A DNA stretch of 32,000 nucleotides from Ignicoccus hospitalis KIN4/I (GTDB lineage Archaea; Thermoproteota; Thermoprotei_A; Sulfolobales; Ignicoccaceae), in NCBI RefSeq assembly GCF_000017945.1, contig NC_009776.1:330001-362000 (forward strand), written 5' to 3'. Shown in pieces: positions 31,831 through 32,000 of the stretch; within the stretch, counting starts at the first letter, position 1; the number at the start of each line of letters is the position of its first letter. The notes under the pieces were generated by a model that worked only from the letters and a program-made list of their open reading frames with translations, had not been told where the DNA came from and did no database searches. The translations under genes and the position numbers were made by a program.

Positions 31831-32000
31831 TCCTCTTTATTATTATGGTTGAAATCAGCATCAATGTTATGGATATGGTAGCGATAACCTTCACGTCCTT
31901 AAACCTCGTCAAGGGGGCCATTAGAAACGACGACAAAGCCATAGTGGTGTAGGTCAGTCCCAAAGAGGCTCCCTTAGCCTCCGGGACGAACTTGGTCACC
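31781..32000 (-). CDS. 3' end of an unidentified (probably membrane) protein gene that may continue beyond the window
   Basis: The minus ORF contains a hydrophobic stretch (VIATISITLMLISTIII) and an Arg-rich end that overlaps the last 50 nt of the glutamate synthase gene. It is AT-rich, and I cannot tell whether the GTG at 31999 is the real start. Confidence 0.25.
   Translation of the reverse strand, partial: VTKFVPEAKGASLGLTYTTMALSSFLMAPLTRFKDVKVIATISITLMLISTIIIKRIICPPSRARRRASPRP

Noticed and set aside
1-32000. A search of both strands for CRISPR arrays, IS elements or terminal inverted repeats, integrase or att sites next to the tRNA, toxin-antitoxin pairs and restriction-modification genes.
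   Set aside because: I could support none of them from the sequence. The tRNA-Ala is flanked by housekeeping genes, with no integrase and no duplicated tRNA 3' fragment.

Overview
The window is almost entirely coding, and most intergenic gaps are under 100 nt. It is GC-rich and looks like chromosome from a hyperthermophilic archaeon, probably a crenarchaeote of the Desulfurococcales type (Ignicoccus/Aeropyrum-like). I cannot assign a species from sequence alone. The archaeal assignment rests on these calls: RtcB, ribosomal protein eL13, the HMG-CoA synthase/thiolase/DUF35 operon, ADP-forming acetyl-CoA synthetase, an archaeal-type ThrRS editing domain, DUF424, PfpI, split archaeal glutamate synthase, A-rich BRE/TATA elements, K/E/V/L-rich proteins, and AGG/ATA codon usage. 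I call 39 protein-coding features (two truncated at the window edges) and one tRNA-Ala(GGC). Many genes start with TTG or GTG, many are translationally coupled through 4-nt ATGA/GTGA/TTGA overlaps, and several convergent pairs overlap at their 3' ends. I found no CRISPR array, IS element, integrase, rRNA or large ncRNA, and no obvious defence island. The content is mostly housekeeping metabolism: mevalonate entry, CoA/pantothenate, purine, histidine, nitrogen assimilation and tRNA biology. The observations most worth a second look are listed here. (1) The thiolase partner in the mevalonate-entry operon has lost both catalytic cysteines (Glu at the nucleophile position). (2) The convergent ANL adenylating enzyme has a degenerate P-loop and no A10 lysine region. 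(3) Two small proteins share a Trp-containing acidic tail motif, EGAEE(E)GEE. (4) There is a 135-aa free-standing ThrRS editing domain. (5) A visibly AT-richer divergent pair encodes a ClpP/S49-fold protein and a GCS2-type ligase. (6) A cutA-gatC operon continues into a NurA-like protein and two membrane miniproteins. (7) A radical SAM/SPASM gene has a conserved-looking N-terminus upstream of any in-frame start codon. All functional calls come from motif recognition by eye, and no database search was run.
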